Part shown: positions 45,025 to 53,772 of the stretch, one piece after another
How the letters are laid out: every line of letters begins with the position of its first letter
Position numbering within the stretch: the first letter of the stretch is position 1
Assembly (NCBI GenBank): GCA_963668315.1
Contig: OY764216.1
Location: forward strand, 5,376,001-5,440,000
Reading direction: 5' to 3'
Length of the DNA: 64,000 bases
Origin: Spirochaetia bacterium
GTDB taxonomy: Bacteria > Spirochaetota > Spirochaetia > DSM-2461
The notes under the pieces: model-generated
Seen by the model: only the letters and a program-made list of their open reading frames with translations
Told to the model about the DNA's origin: nothing
Database searches by the model: none
Position numbers and translations under genes: made by a program

Positions 45025-47893
45025 CGGCGGCTCCCTCCTCTTCCAGGGTGAACCCCTTTCTCTTTAGCTTCTGCCATCCCTTATTGCGGAAGAGATAAGC
45101 CACAAAGGCATACACCCGGTGCATACTGATAACCTGGCGGTAGCCGAAATTCTCCTCGATGGCAGTGAACATGCTCTGGCGGAACTCTTTTCCCTTGAAG
45201 TAAAGAATGTCCCGTTCGGCCAGCAGAAGGGAGACGGAGGAGACCAGGATTCCCAGAAGGACCACCACGGTGAACATGAAGAGGAAGAACTGCCCGTGAA
45301 TAAGGCCCAGAACAAGAGAGGAGATGAGAACGACATATCCCATGAATTCCCAGAAGGGCCCCAGCAGCTCGAAAATAAAAAGATAGGGGAAGGTCAGTAG
45401 CCCGGGTGTCCCGAATTTCCTGTTGAAGAGCATTTTCCTGTGGTAGATGAGAATCTCGATCAATCCCCTGTGCCAGCGGTCGCGCTGTTTCAGAAGATCC
45501 CCCATTTTTTCGGGCACCTCGGTCCAGCAGTTGGCGTTGTGGGAGTAGTCGATGCGGAATTTCTCCCCCTTCTCGTTAAGATGCCTTATCAGCCGTACGA
45601 CAAGTTCCATGTCCTCCCCCACGGTGTCCCTCTTCAGGGAACCGGTTCCGGTCATGTACCCGCCGATATCCAGGACGTCCTTTCTCAAAAAGGCCCCGAA
45701 GGCCCCGGAGATAATCATCAGCCCGTTCAGCTTTGTCCAGCCCAGCCGGCCGGTGATGAAGGAGCGGAGATATTCGATCGTCTGATAGCGGGAATACCGG
45801 TTTGCCGGCAGGTGGATTTCGCGAATGGAGCCGTTCTTGGTCACGCATCCGTTGACGGGAATGATATTCCCGCCGATGGCCACTGTTTTCGTCTCGCTGT
45901 TGAGGATGCGGAACATCAGCTTCGTCAGAGCCTCCGGTTCAAGAAGGCTGTCCGCGTCGATGCTGCAGATGTACTCTCCCCGCGCCGCGTTCAGCCCCAC
46001 GTTCAGAGCATCCGCCTTTCCCCCGTTCACCTTATCGATAACAAGCAGATTGGGAATCCGGTCGTTTTTGTAAAGCCCCTGAACGGGGGCGGTCCTGAGC
46101 CGGCGGGAGAGGGGATAATCGACCAGTTTGAGTTCGAACTGCTCAATGAGCCTGCCGATCGTTCTGTCCCCGGAACCGTCGTTTATCACGATGACCTCCA
46201 GATTCGGATAGTTCAGGGAGAGAAGGGAATAGACGTTCTGCACGATGGTGGCTTCTTCGTTATAGGCGGGCGCCAGTATGGAAATGGACGGCATGAGCCC
46301 CCGGGTATTGAGAAACCGGCTGTCCGCCGTGCTCCACTCCCGGTACTGATCGCGGATAACCTGCCATGAAAGAAGCATGAGAAGAAGATAAACCGTGTTA
46401 ATCGATAGGGTATAGAACACAAAGATACGGTGATAGGTCATGATATAGGAGACGACGATCTCCTCTCCGGTCATGAAATTGAGAAGAGGGCCTTTGAGAA
46501 GAAGAAAAACCGCCACGGGAAGGGCCAGAACAAAGGCAATAAGCCCTACCATTATGAATCGGTCACCCGCTCCCAGCTGTATCTTCGGATTGCCGCGGAT
46601 CTCGGGAGGGGGAGGCAGATTCAGCTGGGAAATCAGATCCTTCCTGAGGAAGGACTGGCACTGGCGGAGAAAGGAGGCGTTTGATGCCAGATAGGGTCTG
46701 AGCCTTTCGAGAAGAATCTTCTCCCGAGTCAGGTTCTTGTTGGCATTGAGGAAATTGATCAAAGGGGAACTGACGCCCTGTTCGATGACATCTCCGAGCA
46801 GGCGGCCTATCTCTTCATCCTCCTCTCCGCCCAGACGCAGAATGAAATAACGGATTCTCGATGCCAGAACAGCGGCGTAGCCCTTCCGTTCCCCCTCCCC
46901 CTGCGCTTCCTTATAGCGCCGGAAAAGTTCAGGCAGAAGGCGGGGCTCGCGGCTTATCAGATCGGTCAGTCCCGCCACGACCTGGGAGTGAAACTCATCG
47001 TCGGCGAAGAGGTCGGCCGTCTCTTTCTCATCCGGATTGCGGGAGCTGCGGAAATAGTGATATACCGCTTTTCCCCGCTGTTCGGGGAGGGAGGACTTCA
47101 TAATAAAAAGCAGAGCCTCCCTGTCTCCGTAGGATTCCATGAGAACATCGGCCGCTTCCCCGGCGGCGATCTCCCCGGCGCCGGTAATCATTTCCAGAAG
47201 AAAAGGGCGGTACCATTCCCTCAGTTTCGTCCGGGCCGCCTGAATGAGTATTCTCAGGGCTTCCGGTTCCTTTCTGTCCCGGTTCACATCGGACCACTCC
47301 AGGAGCAGTTCATGATTGTCCCGAAGCATTCCCAGCACCCGGAGGTTGTAGTTTTCCCCGGCCCCCTTCATGCTGCGGCAGATAATATCCACCGCTTCGG
47401 CCCCTTTGGTTTCGCTGAGTATCTGGACGATCTTCAGCTTGAGGAGGGAGGAGGACTCTCTTTCAAGGGCCTTTTTAAGGAGCTCCGTCCCCACGTCCCT
47501 GTCCAGCATGAAAAGCAGATCCACTCCTATGGCCCTCTTTCTGAGAAAAGGGCTCTTCAGCAGCTTATCCACACGGGGCAGAATGTTCCAGTTGTATTTG
47601 AGCAGGGTCAGTGCTTTCCGGAGTGATTCGGGAATCTGGGCGGACTGCTCGGCACGGTGCCAGGCTATAAAATAGTCCAGCCGCTCCCCTTCATCTATGC
47701 CCTCCAGCCCCTCCAGCTCGCCGGTGACGATGGAACGGCTTATCAGGGCCCCCAGCCTCTCCCGCTTCCTGTATTTTCTCTTGGAGTACAGCTTGATGAC
47801 ATAGGTAGCGCCGAGGATCAGCAGATCGAGAAAGATAAGCGCCCCCATGATCAGGGTTACCACCAGCCAGCTCTCGAACATATCAGCCCTCAC
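45014..47893 (-). CDS. HEAT-repeat plus processive GT2 polysaccharide synthase fusion
   Basis: TM and helical repeats, then PAYNEE, NDGS, GGKADALN, DAD, GEDME, QRDRW and C-terminal TMs. Confidence 0.88.
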   Translation of the reverse strand: MRADMFESWLVVTLIMGALIFLDLLILGATYVIKLYSKRKYRKRERLGALISRSIVTGELEGLEGIDEGERLDYFIAWHRAEQSAQIPESLRKALTLLKYNWNILPRVDKLLKSPFLRKRAIGVDLLFMLDRDVGTELLKKALERESSSLLKLKIVQILSETKGAEAVDIICRSMKGAGENYNLRVLGMLRDNHELLLEWSDVNRDRKEPEALRILIQAARTKLREWYRPFLLEMITGAGEIAAGEAADVLMESYGDREALLFIMKSSLPEQRGKAVYHYFRSSRNPDEKETADLFADDEFHSQVVAGLTDLISREPRLLPELFRRYKEAQGEGERKGYAAVLASRIRYFILRLGGEEDEEIGRLLGDVIEQGVSSPLINFLNANKNLTREKILLERLRPYLASNASFLRQCQSFLRKDLISQLNLPPPPEIRGNPKIQLGAGDRFIMVGLIAFVLALPVAVFLLLKGPLLNFMTGEEIVVSYIMTYHRIFVFYTLSINTVYLLLMLLSWQVIRDQYREWSTADSRFLNTRGLMPSISILAPAYNEEATIVQNVYSLLSLNYPNLEVIVINDGSGDRTIGRLIEQFELKLVDYPLSRRLRTAPVQGLYKNDRIPNLLVIDKVNGGKADALNVGLNAARGEYICSIDADSLLEPEALTKLMFRILNSETKTVAIGGNIIPVNGCVTKNGSIREIHLPANRYSRYQTIEYLRSFITGRLGWTKLNGLMIISGAFGAFLRKDVLDIGGYMTGTGSLKRDTVGEDMELVVRLIRHLNEKGEKFRIDYSHNANCWTEVPEKMGDLLKQRDRWHRGLIEILIYHRKMLFNRKFGTPGLLTFPYLFIFELLGPFWEFMGYVVLISSLVLGLIHGQFFLFMFTVVVLLGILVSSVSLLLAERDILYFKGKEFRQSMFTAIEENFGYRQVISMHRVYAFVAYLFRNKGWQKLKRKGFTLEEEGAAGEA

Positions 47894-49550
47894 CCCTTAT
47901 TCTGAAGCGGATGATTCCCAGCAATTCTGTGAGCATCACCGGTTTTTTAAAATAGTGGTAGACCCCCAGTTTCTGAGCCCTCTCCACGGTGTCCTCCGAT
48001 TTCAGATGGGAAAGGAAAATAAAGGGAATATTTCTGAGATCCCGTGACTGCCGCATCAGTTCTCTTATGCGGAATCCGTCCAGCTGGGGAATCATCGTTT
48101 CGGAGATGATCATATCCGGACGGTACAGGTCGATGAGATGAAGCGCCTCTCCTCCTTCATGGCTGTAATGGACGGTGAAACCGCGGCTTGTCAGAAAATC
48201 ATGAAGAAGCCGAGAGCATACGGGATCGGCATCGAAAATCAGGATCGTTCTGTTTTTGTCAGTCTCCTCCTCTATGTCGGAGGAGGAACAGATGGCATTG
48301 TCGCCGAGGGAATCCAGAAGCTGAAGCCGGTTTCTTATCAGCCGTATAATCTGCTCCTCCCTGTTCTCCGATGTTTCCGGAACCTCATCGATATGGGCCA
48401 GAGCCACGCTGCAGGTCATATCCTGAATAAAATCCTGGGACTCGCGCACCCGGTTCTGCATCTCCTCGATGATACGGAGCGGGTCCGTTCCCTCAGGCCG
48501 GGGCAGCATCAGAATAACAATAGGCCCTGCTTCCCTGAAAAGGTAGGCGTCCTCCGGCCTGCTTCCCTGAAGAAGATGGGCGAATGTGGCTATGACCCGG
48601 TCTCCCTCCTGAAATCCGTAAAGATTATTAAAGACTTTCATGCCGTCAATCCGGAAAAAAGCCAAGACGCCCCCCGGATTCAGCCTGATGAACTCGGGCA
48701 GAAAATTATGGTAGAAAGCGGCGTTATAGAGGCCCGTAACGGGATCGAGCATTTTACCGTCCATGGACAGGACCAGTTCTTCATTCAGGTCAAAACTGAT
48801 TTTTTCCCAGTCCGCGTCTTTTCCGGCGAGCTCTCCGGAGGGTTTCTCCTTCTCCGCTCCCGCCCCCCCGAGAAAGGCAATATAGCGATCGGTCTTTTTA
48901 GCGATGATGCAGCCGTGCTGGGGGCAGATGGTTCCGATCTCCCTCGATGAGAGCATCTCCGCCGTTTCTCCGATCTCCCCGGGGGAAGAGAAAAATTCGC
49001 TGATAAAGGAGGTCATGCCCGCGAAATGGGCGTCATCGGCGAAGATGTCGTATCTCTCGCCGAAACTCTCGAAGAGATGGGAGGAGAAAAGAGTCCCCGT
49101 CCTGCGGTCCAGGGAGAGAAGAAGACCGGGGGCCGTCTGATAGGAGAGGGGAATCATTTCCAGATCGGGAAAAAGGGGAAGGCTGCCGTTTTCCCCCTCT
49201 TTCACCGGACTCAGAGGGGAGAGCAGGCCATAGGCCTTCAGTATCGGTTCCGTCCGGCTGTTGCAGAGGATTCTTCCCTGGAATCCTGCCTCCTCCCAGG
49301 AGGGCAGACTGGAGCAGACATCGGGATCCTGCCCCGAAATCAGCAGGGCCCGGACCTCTTCAAGGGGAGCGATCTCCCTGAGGGCCGCGAGTGTCTCCCT
49401 GAATACGGAACGCGGACCGGGATCGATGATGATTCCCTGTCCTCTTCTGTAGATCAGATAGATATTAGTCTGCCGGGAGTCGGTATTATCCACGGAACCG
49501 AGCCAATAGGTCGAATCGGCGATAAGCCGGGGGGCGTTATGACGGGGCAT
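47883..49550 (-). CDS. ODP-like MBL-fold plus degenerate GGDEF plus pseudo-receiver protein
   Basis: IDPG, SGQDPDV, PQHG; DPVTGLYN, FNNLYG..EGD, EAGPI; ISETMIPQLDG...KP; ATG overlaps the upstream stop. Confidence 0.75.
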   Translation of the reverse strand: MPRHNAPRLIADSTYWLGSVDNTDSRQTNIYLIYRRGQGIIIDPGPRSVFRETLAALREIAPLEEVRALLISGQDPDVCSSLPSWEEAGFQGRILCNSRTEPILKAYGLLSPLSPVKEGENGSLPLFPDLEMIPLSYQTAPGLLLSLDRRTGTLFSSHLFESFGERYDIFADDAHFAGMTSFISEFFSSPGEIGETAEMLSSREIGTICPQHGCIIAKKTDRYIAFLGGAGAEKEKPSGELAGKDADWEKISFDLNEELVLSMDGKMLDPVTGLYNAAFYHNFLPEFIRLNPGGVLAFFRIDGMKVFNNLYGFQEGDRVIATFAHLLQGSRPEDAYLFREAGPIVILMLPRPEGTDPLRIIEEMQNRVRESQDFIQDMTCSVALAHIDEVPETSENREEQIIRLIRNRLQLLDSLGDNAICSSSDIEEETDKNRTILIFDADPVCSRLLHDFLTSRGFTVHYSHEGGEALHLIDLYRPDMIISETMIPQLDGFRIRELMRQSRDLRNIPFIFLSHLKSEDTVERAQKLGVYHYFKKPVMLTELLGIIRFRIRGEG

Positions 49551-51106
49551 CAGGCGAACTCCTTTAACATAATCAGCTTTTTGCAGTTTCCCTTTCCCTG
49601 GAGGAGCAGACTGGAATCGGTTCCCCTGTGTATGAGATAGGAACCGTAGCCGTTCTCCCGGTACTCCTCCGGCTCGGGAGGTATGTCGGCAAACCACTCG
49701 TAATCGGGCCCGGAAAAGGAAATGGAAACCTCGGCCCGGCCGGCGTAAAGCTTCCACCCCACGGTAAGGGGGCCCTCGGTATAGGAGATCCCGTTGGCGC
49801 AGGCCTCCAGGAGGGCGATAGTCAGTTTTGTGGAAGCTTCCAGCTGATCCTCCCCATAGGCGCTGTTCAGTCCGGCGGCGAAATCCTCCCGGACGGCCTC
49901 CAGATCGATGCTGTCCCTATCGGAAAATTCATACCGTCTTTCCGACAGGGGAGCCGCCCTTCCTTCGGTGATCCTCACCGCCACGGCCGTCACATCATCG
50001 TCGAAGGTTCCTGCGGCATAGAAGAAAACGACATTCAGAACTTTCTTGAGCAGCTCATCGGGGGAGAGGCTGCCGTGCCCCTTCACAAGCTGCCTGATTC
50101 TCTCATGGCCGAACATCTCTCCTTCCGAATCCTTGACTTCGGAAATTCCATCGGAGTAGAAGAAAAAGAGATCCCTACGGTCAAAGGGCAGCTGGAAGGC
50201 TCGATAATTCTGGGAAGGGGAAAATCCCAGGGGCATGTTCGCCCCTTTCAGGCTCCAGCAGCTGTCATCCGCTCCGTCATAGTAGATGAAACTGGTATGC
50301 CCCGCATCAATATAGCTCAGGAGGGATTTCTTCGTATTCAGGCGGCAGTAATAGAGGGTCAGGAATTTTTTCAGATCGATGAGGTTTCTGCTGATAAGGG
50401 AATCGATCATCTGCAGGACATCCCGGATATCCGAATCCTCTCCCCTGGCCAGTCCTTCGGTTATGAGAGATTTGTAATAGGAGGCCTTCACTCCGGCGGC
50501 CAGCAGGGCGGCGGGGACCCCCTTTCCCATGACGTCTCCGATAATGAAATCGGTGATACCCGGGGCCAAAGGCAGAAATTCATAAAAATCCCCGTCTACC
50601 TCGCGGGACGGGATAGTTTCGGCGGCGACCTCGAGGCCGGTCAGATCATCGGAGACAGCCCCGGTAAGGAGGATTTTCTGAATCCGCGCACTGATCTCTA
50701 TTTCATGATCCCTCGCCTGAAGGGCTTCTTTCTTATAGTCCGAATCACCGCTGAAGACTTCCGCCGATCCGAGACGCAGTATCGCACCGTCCTCTCCGTT
50801 CAGAAGCCGGCCAAAGCGGAGGGTAATGAGGACCTTCTCTTCGGAAAGGATGAAGGGAAGAGTCAGAAGACCGTTGTCCCCCTTACCGGCCAGGGCGGAT
50901 AACCTTTCATCAAGAACCTCAGGAGGCCATTCAACCATCTCCATCCAGAATCGGGGGTCCCGGTCAATTTCCTCCCGGGATACCTGGAATAGCTCCCTTG
51001 TTTTCTCTGAAACATGGGACCAGCAGGTAAGGGATTCGTCACAGGCGAAAAAGGAATAATTCAGTTCGTCCGCAGCTGTCTTCAGCTCTCCTGCCCAGGT
51101 ATTCAC
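49550..51106 (-). CDS. PAS-like plus SpoIIE/RsbU PP2C phosphatase plus RsbW-like HATPase
   Basis: DGDFYE, GDVMGKG, AGH, YSDGISE, DDVT; C-terminal E..AN and ENGYG. Confidence 0.88.
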   Translation of the reverse strand: MNTWAGELKTAADELNYSFFACDESLTCWSHVSEKTRELFQVSREEIDRDPRFWMEMVEWPPEVLDERLSALAGKGDNGLLTLPFILSEEKVLITLRFGRLLNGEDGAILRLGSAEVFSGDSDYKKEALQARDHEIEISARIQKILLTGAVSDDLTGLEVAAETIPSREVDGDFYEFLPLAPGITDFIIGDVMGKGVPAALLAAGVKASYYKSLITEGLARGEDSDIRDVLQMIDSLISRNLIDLKKFLTLYYCRLNTKKSLLSYIDAGHTSFIYYDGADDSCWSLKGANMPLGFSPSQNYRAFQLPFDRRDLFFFYSDGISEVKDSEGEMFGHERIRQLVKGHGSLSPDELLKKVLNVVFFYAAGTFDDDVTAVAVRITEGRAAPLSERRYEFSDRDSIDLEAVREDFAAGLNSAYGEDQLEASTKLTIALLEACANGISYTEGPLTVGWKLYAGRAEVSISFSGPDYEWFADIPPEPEEYRENGYGSYLIHRGTDSSLLLQGKGNCKKLIMLKEFA

Positions 51107-51117
51107 ACAGCATTCCT

Positions 51118-51450
51118 CTAACGGGACAGAGCTTCGACGGCTTCATCCCTGGTCGTATATATGGACGCGATCTGGGAGAGACGGACCATATCGAAAAGGA
51201 CCTTGACCGCCGGCATGGCCTGGCAGAGGACCATCCGCCCTTTTTTCTCATTTATCGTCCTCAGGGCGGAAACAATAATCCCCAGTCCGGTGGAATCCAT
51301 AAAATTCACATTCGCCAGATCCAGAACGACCTTGTTCCTATCGGCAAGAAAGGCTTCCAGATCAGAGCTGAACCGGGGAGAATTATTTACATCAATCTGA
51401 CGTAACTCGGGTACGAGAATGGCCACATCCTGTTTTTCTTCTAACTTCAT
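51118..51450 (-). CDS. STAS anti-sigma factor antagonist (RsbV/SpoIIAA-like)
   Basis: VVLDLANVNFMDSTGLG with the phosphorylatable Ser. Confidence 0.92.
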   Translation of the reverse strand: MKLEEKQDVAILVPELRQIDVNNSPRFSSDLEAFLADRNKVVLDLANVNFMDSTGLGIIVSALRTINEKKGRMVLCQAMPAVKVLFDMVRLSQIASIYTTRDEAVEALSR

Positions 51451-51487
51451 ATTAAGAAGTATTAGGGGTGGTCAGGAAAAAATCAAT

Positions 51488-52180
51488 TTATTTTTCATAG
51501 GAGAATTTGTGAATTACCACGTCCATACCTCCGTCTTCCATGGGAGAGTCCCCCCGGAAGAGCCAGAGATTCAGATGTACCCGGCTTTTCGTATCCCGGG
51601 GGATGTCATCCCCTTCGTAGGTCCAGTGCCTAATCCTTTGTCCCTCCCCGTCGGTCAGAACGAAGTCGATCTCCTCCGCGCCCCAGACGATACGGCAGCG
51701 GTAGTCCCCCCGGGTCGGGGAGTCGAAGACAAGGGAATTTCCCTCCTTCCCGTAGGGCTGTACGGAAAAGGAGCAGGGAAAGGTCCCGGGAATCCCCCAC
51801 CGGGAGATTTCAAAGTCTATCTCATTGTATTGGGGCGGGGCCTCGTCGTTATAGAGGAAGAAACCGAACACGCACTGAGAGTCGAGGGGAACGGGAAGGG
51901 AGAAATCCAGCGTAAAGGTACCGTAGGAGAAGTATTCCCGGCTGAACACTTCCGAACTGGTCCAGGACCTCCTCCCCGGTAGTATGGCCAGGCCTATGCC
52001 GTCGCCATTCCGGGAGATGCTGTCACCGGAAAATCGGTTCGGCCCGGGACCTGTGGGACGGCGGCTCTCTTTGACAATCCAGTCGTATCCGCTGAAGGAA
52101 AGGGTGTCTTCCTGATCTTCCGAAAAGAGCCATAGAGCCATAAGGGCTGTAAAACCGCATAGAAAAATTTTCCTTTTCAT
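51488..52180 (-). CDS. Secreted GH16-family glycoside hydrolase
   Basis: Signal peptide; catalytic EIDFE motif; FSGYDW, YGTF, HLNLW. Confidence 0.8.
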   Translation of the reverse strand: MKRKIFLCGFTALMALWLFSEDQEDTLSFSGYDWIVKESRRPTGPGPNRFSGDSISRNGDGIGLAILPGRRSWTSSEVFSREYFSYGTFTLDFSLPVPLDSQCVFGFFLYNDEAPPQYNEIDFEISRWGIPGTFPCSFSVQPYGKEGNSLVFDSPTRGDYRCRIVWGAEEIDFVLTDGEGQRIRHWTYEGDDIPRDTKSRVHLNLWLFRGDSPMEDGGMDVVIHKFSYEK

Positions 52181-52234
52181 GTCCTGTGAATTATAATGGA
52201 AGAAATGTGAAAATGAAAATTTTAGGAGTATTTT

Positions 52235-52912
52235 ATGAAAAAGGCGGCCCTGTTTTTAATTCTGATCACCGGTTTCCTTTATTCAGAGGAGAGGACTCTT
52301 CTGTTTCTGCCGAGAGAGGATCATCCCTTTTTCCTGAATTCGACGGCCGGACAGTTCCATATGGAAGAGTCCGACGGAATGTGGCCCGCTACCATGAAGA
52401 TAAGCACGGACGGAGACGGGGGGAATGTTCAGGTGGTGGCCCACGACATTACTCCCTTCAGTCTGGAAAATAAAAATCTGGTTATCTGGATCAAAGGGAA
52501 TAACATGAAAGCCCTCAGGGAGTTCTGGCTGTACGCCTCGGACAGCAACGATTTCTCCAACCGGATAGTCTTCATGCCCAGCAATGATCCCACCCAGCTG
52601 AGAGAGGGGGTATGGAGCCGCCTGAGCCTGCCCCTCTCGGCCGGTGAGATCTGGGGCACTCCCGATCTTTCCCGTCTCTCAGCCCTTCAGTTCTGGCTCA
52701 ACGACAGGGGCTCATCCCCCCTCTCCCTGGAACTGGGCCCGGTATATCTGGAAAGTTCCCTTCCCCCGTCGGCCGTTATCCTCACCTTTGACGACGGCTG
52801 GAAATCCCAGATAGAAACCGCCGCTCCCGTCATGGCGGAGCAGGGTCTTACCGGAACGGCCTATATTATCCCGGAGCTTATAGGCAGCCCGGGTTATATG
52901 ACGGAGGAAGAC
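52235..52912 (+). CDS. Secreted polysaccharide deacetylase (CE4/NodB), truncated at the junction
   Basis: Signal peptide; beta-sandwich-like region; LTFDDG...GT.YI...IG..GYMT, after which the expected His motif is absent. Confidence 0.75.
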
Positions 52913-52920
52913 CACTCACT
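52905..52920. other. Probable chimeric or concatenation junction between two genomes or contigs
   Basis: In-frame switch from mid-deacetylase to mid-sialidase, coinciding with a change to CG-dinucleotide-rich sequence. Confidence 0.8.
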
Positions 52921-53749
52921 CATCACAGCGCCGAACGGCACCCTCGTCGCCACCTTGATTCGCTATGCGAACGAAAAATGGGAGAAGAAACTGCCGCCGG
53001 TCTACTTTCTCAGCCATGACCATGGGCACACTTGGGAGGGACCTTGCGACTTCGACAAATCCGCCACTGTCGACGATATTGCCTTCACGATGAACACTTC
53101 CTTTGTCCGTGACGGCGAGATCTTCATTCTGTTTCGAGGCGGAAAGTCGAACATGACGCCGGGCGGACCGCAGACGCTGTGGGTTTCCGGTGACAACGGG
53201 GAGTCGTTCAGCCAACGGAGCACCCTGCCCTTCGACACGGACTGCTACTACTGGGCCGCCGGGGCGCTCGATGACGGCAAGATCATCGTCTATACCTATG
53301 ACGCCCATCTCCAGAGAGAGGACCGAACGGCGGAACAGAACCTTCCCTACGTGATCAGCAAGGATGGCGGACGCACCTGGTCGGACATACAGACCACGCA
53401 CTTTGCCAAGGGCATCCGCAACATGCAGCTCTCCGGAAAACTGGGTGAATTCTACTTCATTCAGGGGCGAAGCGGCAGCTATCCGCGGGACCTGGTCGGC
53501 GACGACCCCGGTCCGGACAATTTCGTGCTTTACTCGTCGCGGGACGGCATCCACTGGGACGAAGGCATCGTGCTGATGAGCAGGCTTCAGACTCCCGGCG
53601 GGGGCGACTGCTATTCCGCCAACGAGGTCATCGGCAAGTATGACCCCGCGACGCCGGAGAAGCTCTTGATCCATGGCGACGTCAGCTATTCGGGGGCCAA
53701 GACAAACATGCACCAATGGTGGGTTTCGCTGTCTCCTTGTCGTGAGTGA
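52913..53749 (+). CDS. BNR/Asp-box sialidase-like beta-propeller, 3' fragment
   Basis: Four Asp-boxes: SHDHGHTW, SGDNGESF, SKDGGRTW, SRDGIHW. Confidence 0.8.
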   Translation, partial: HSLITAPNGTLVATLIRYANEKWEKKLPPVYFLSHDHGHTWEGPCDFDKSATVDDIAFTMNTSFVRDGEIFILFRGGKSNMTPGGPQTLWVSGDNGESFSQRSTLPFDTDCYYWAAGALDDGKIIVYTYDAHLQREDRTAEQNLPYVISKDGGRTWSDIQTTHFAKGIRNMQLSGKLGEFYFIQGRSGSYPRDLVGDDPGPDNFVLYSSRDGIHWDEGIVLMSRLQTPGGGDCYSANEVIGKYDPATPEKLLIHGDVSYSGAKTNMHQWWVSLSPCRE

Positions 53750-53772
53750 TCCGAGGCGAGGGAAACCGAGCC

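Noticed and set aside
52235..53749. Novel natural deacetylase-sialidase fusion enzyme
   Set aside because: Both domains are incomplete and the fusion point coincides with a compositional shift, so a junction artefact explains it better
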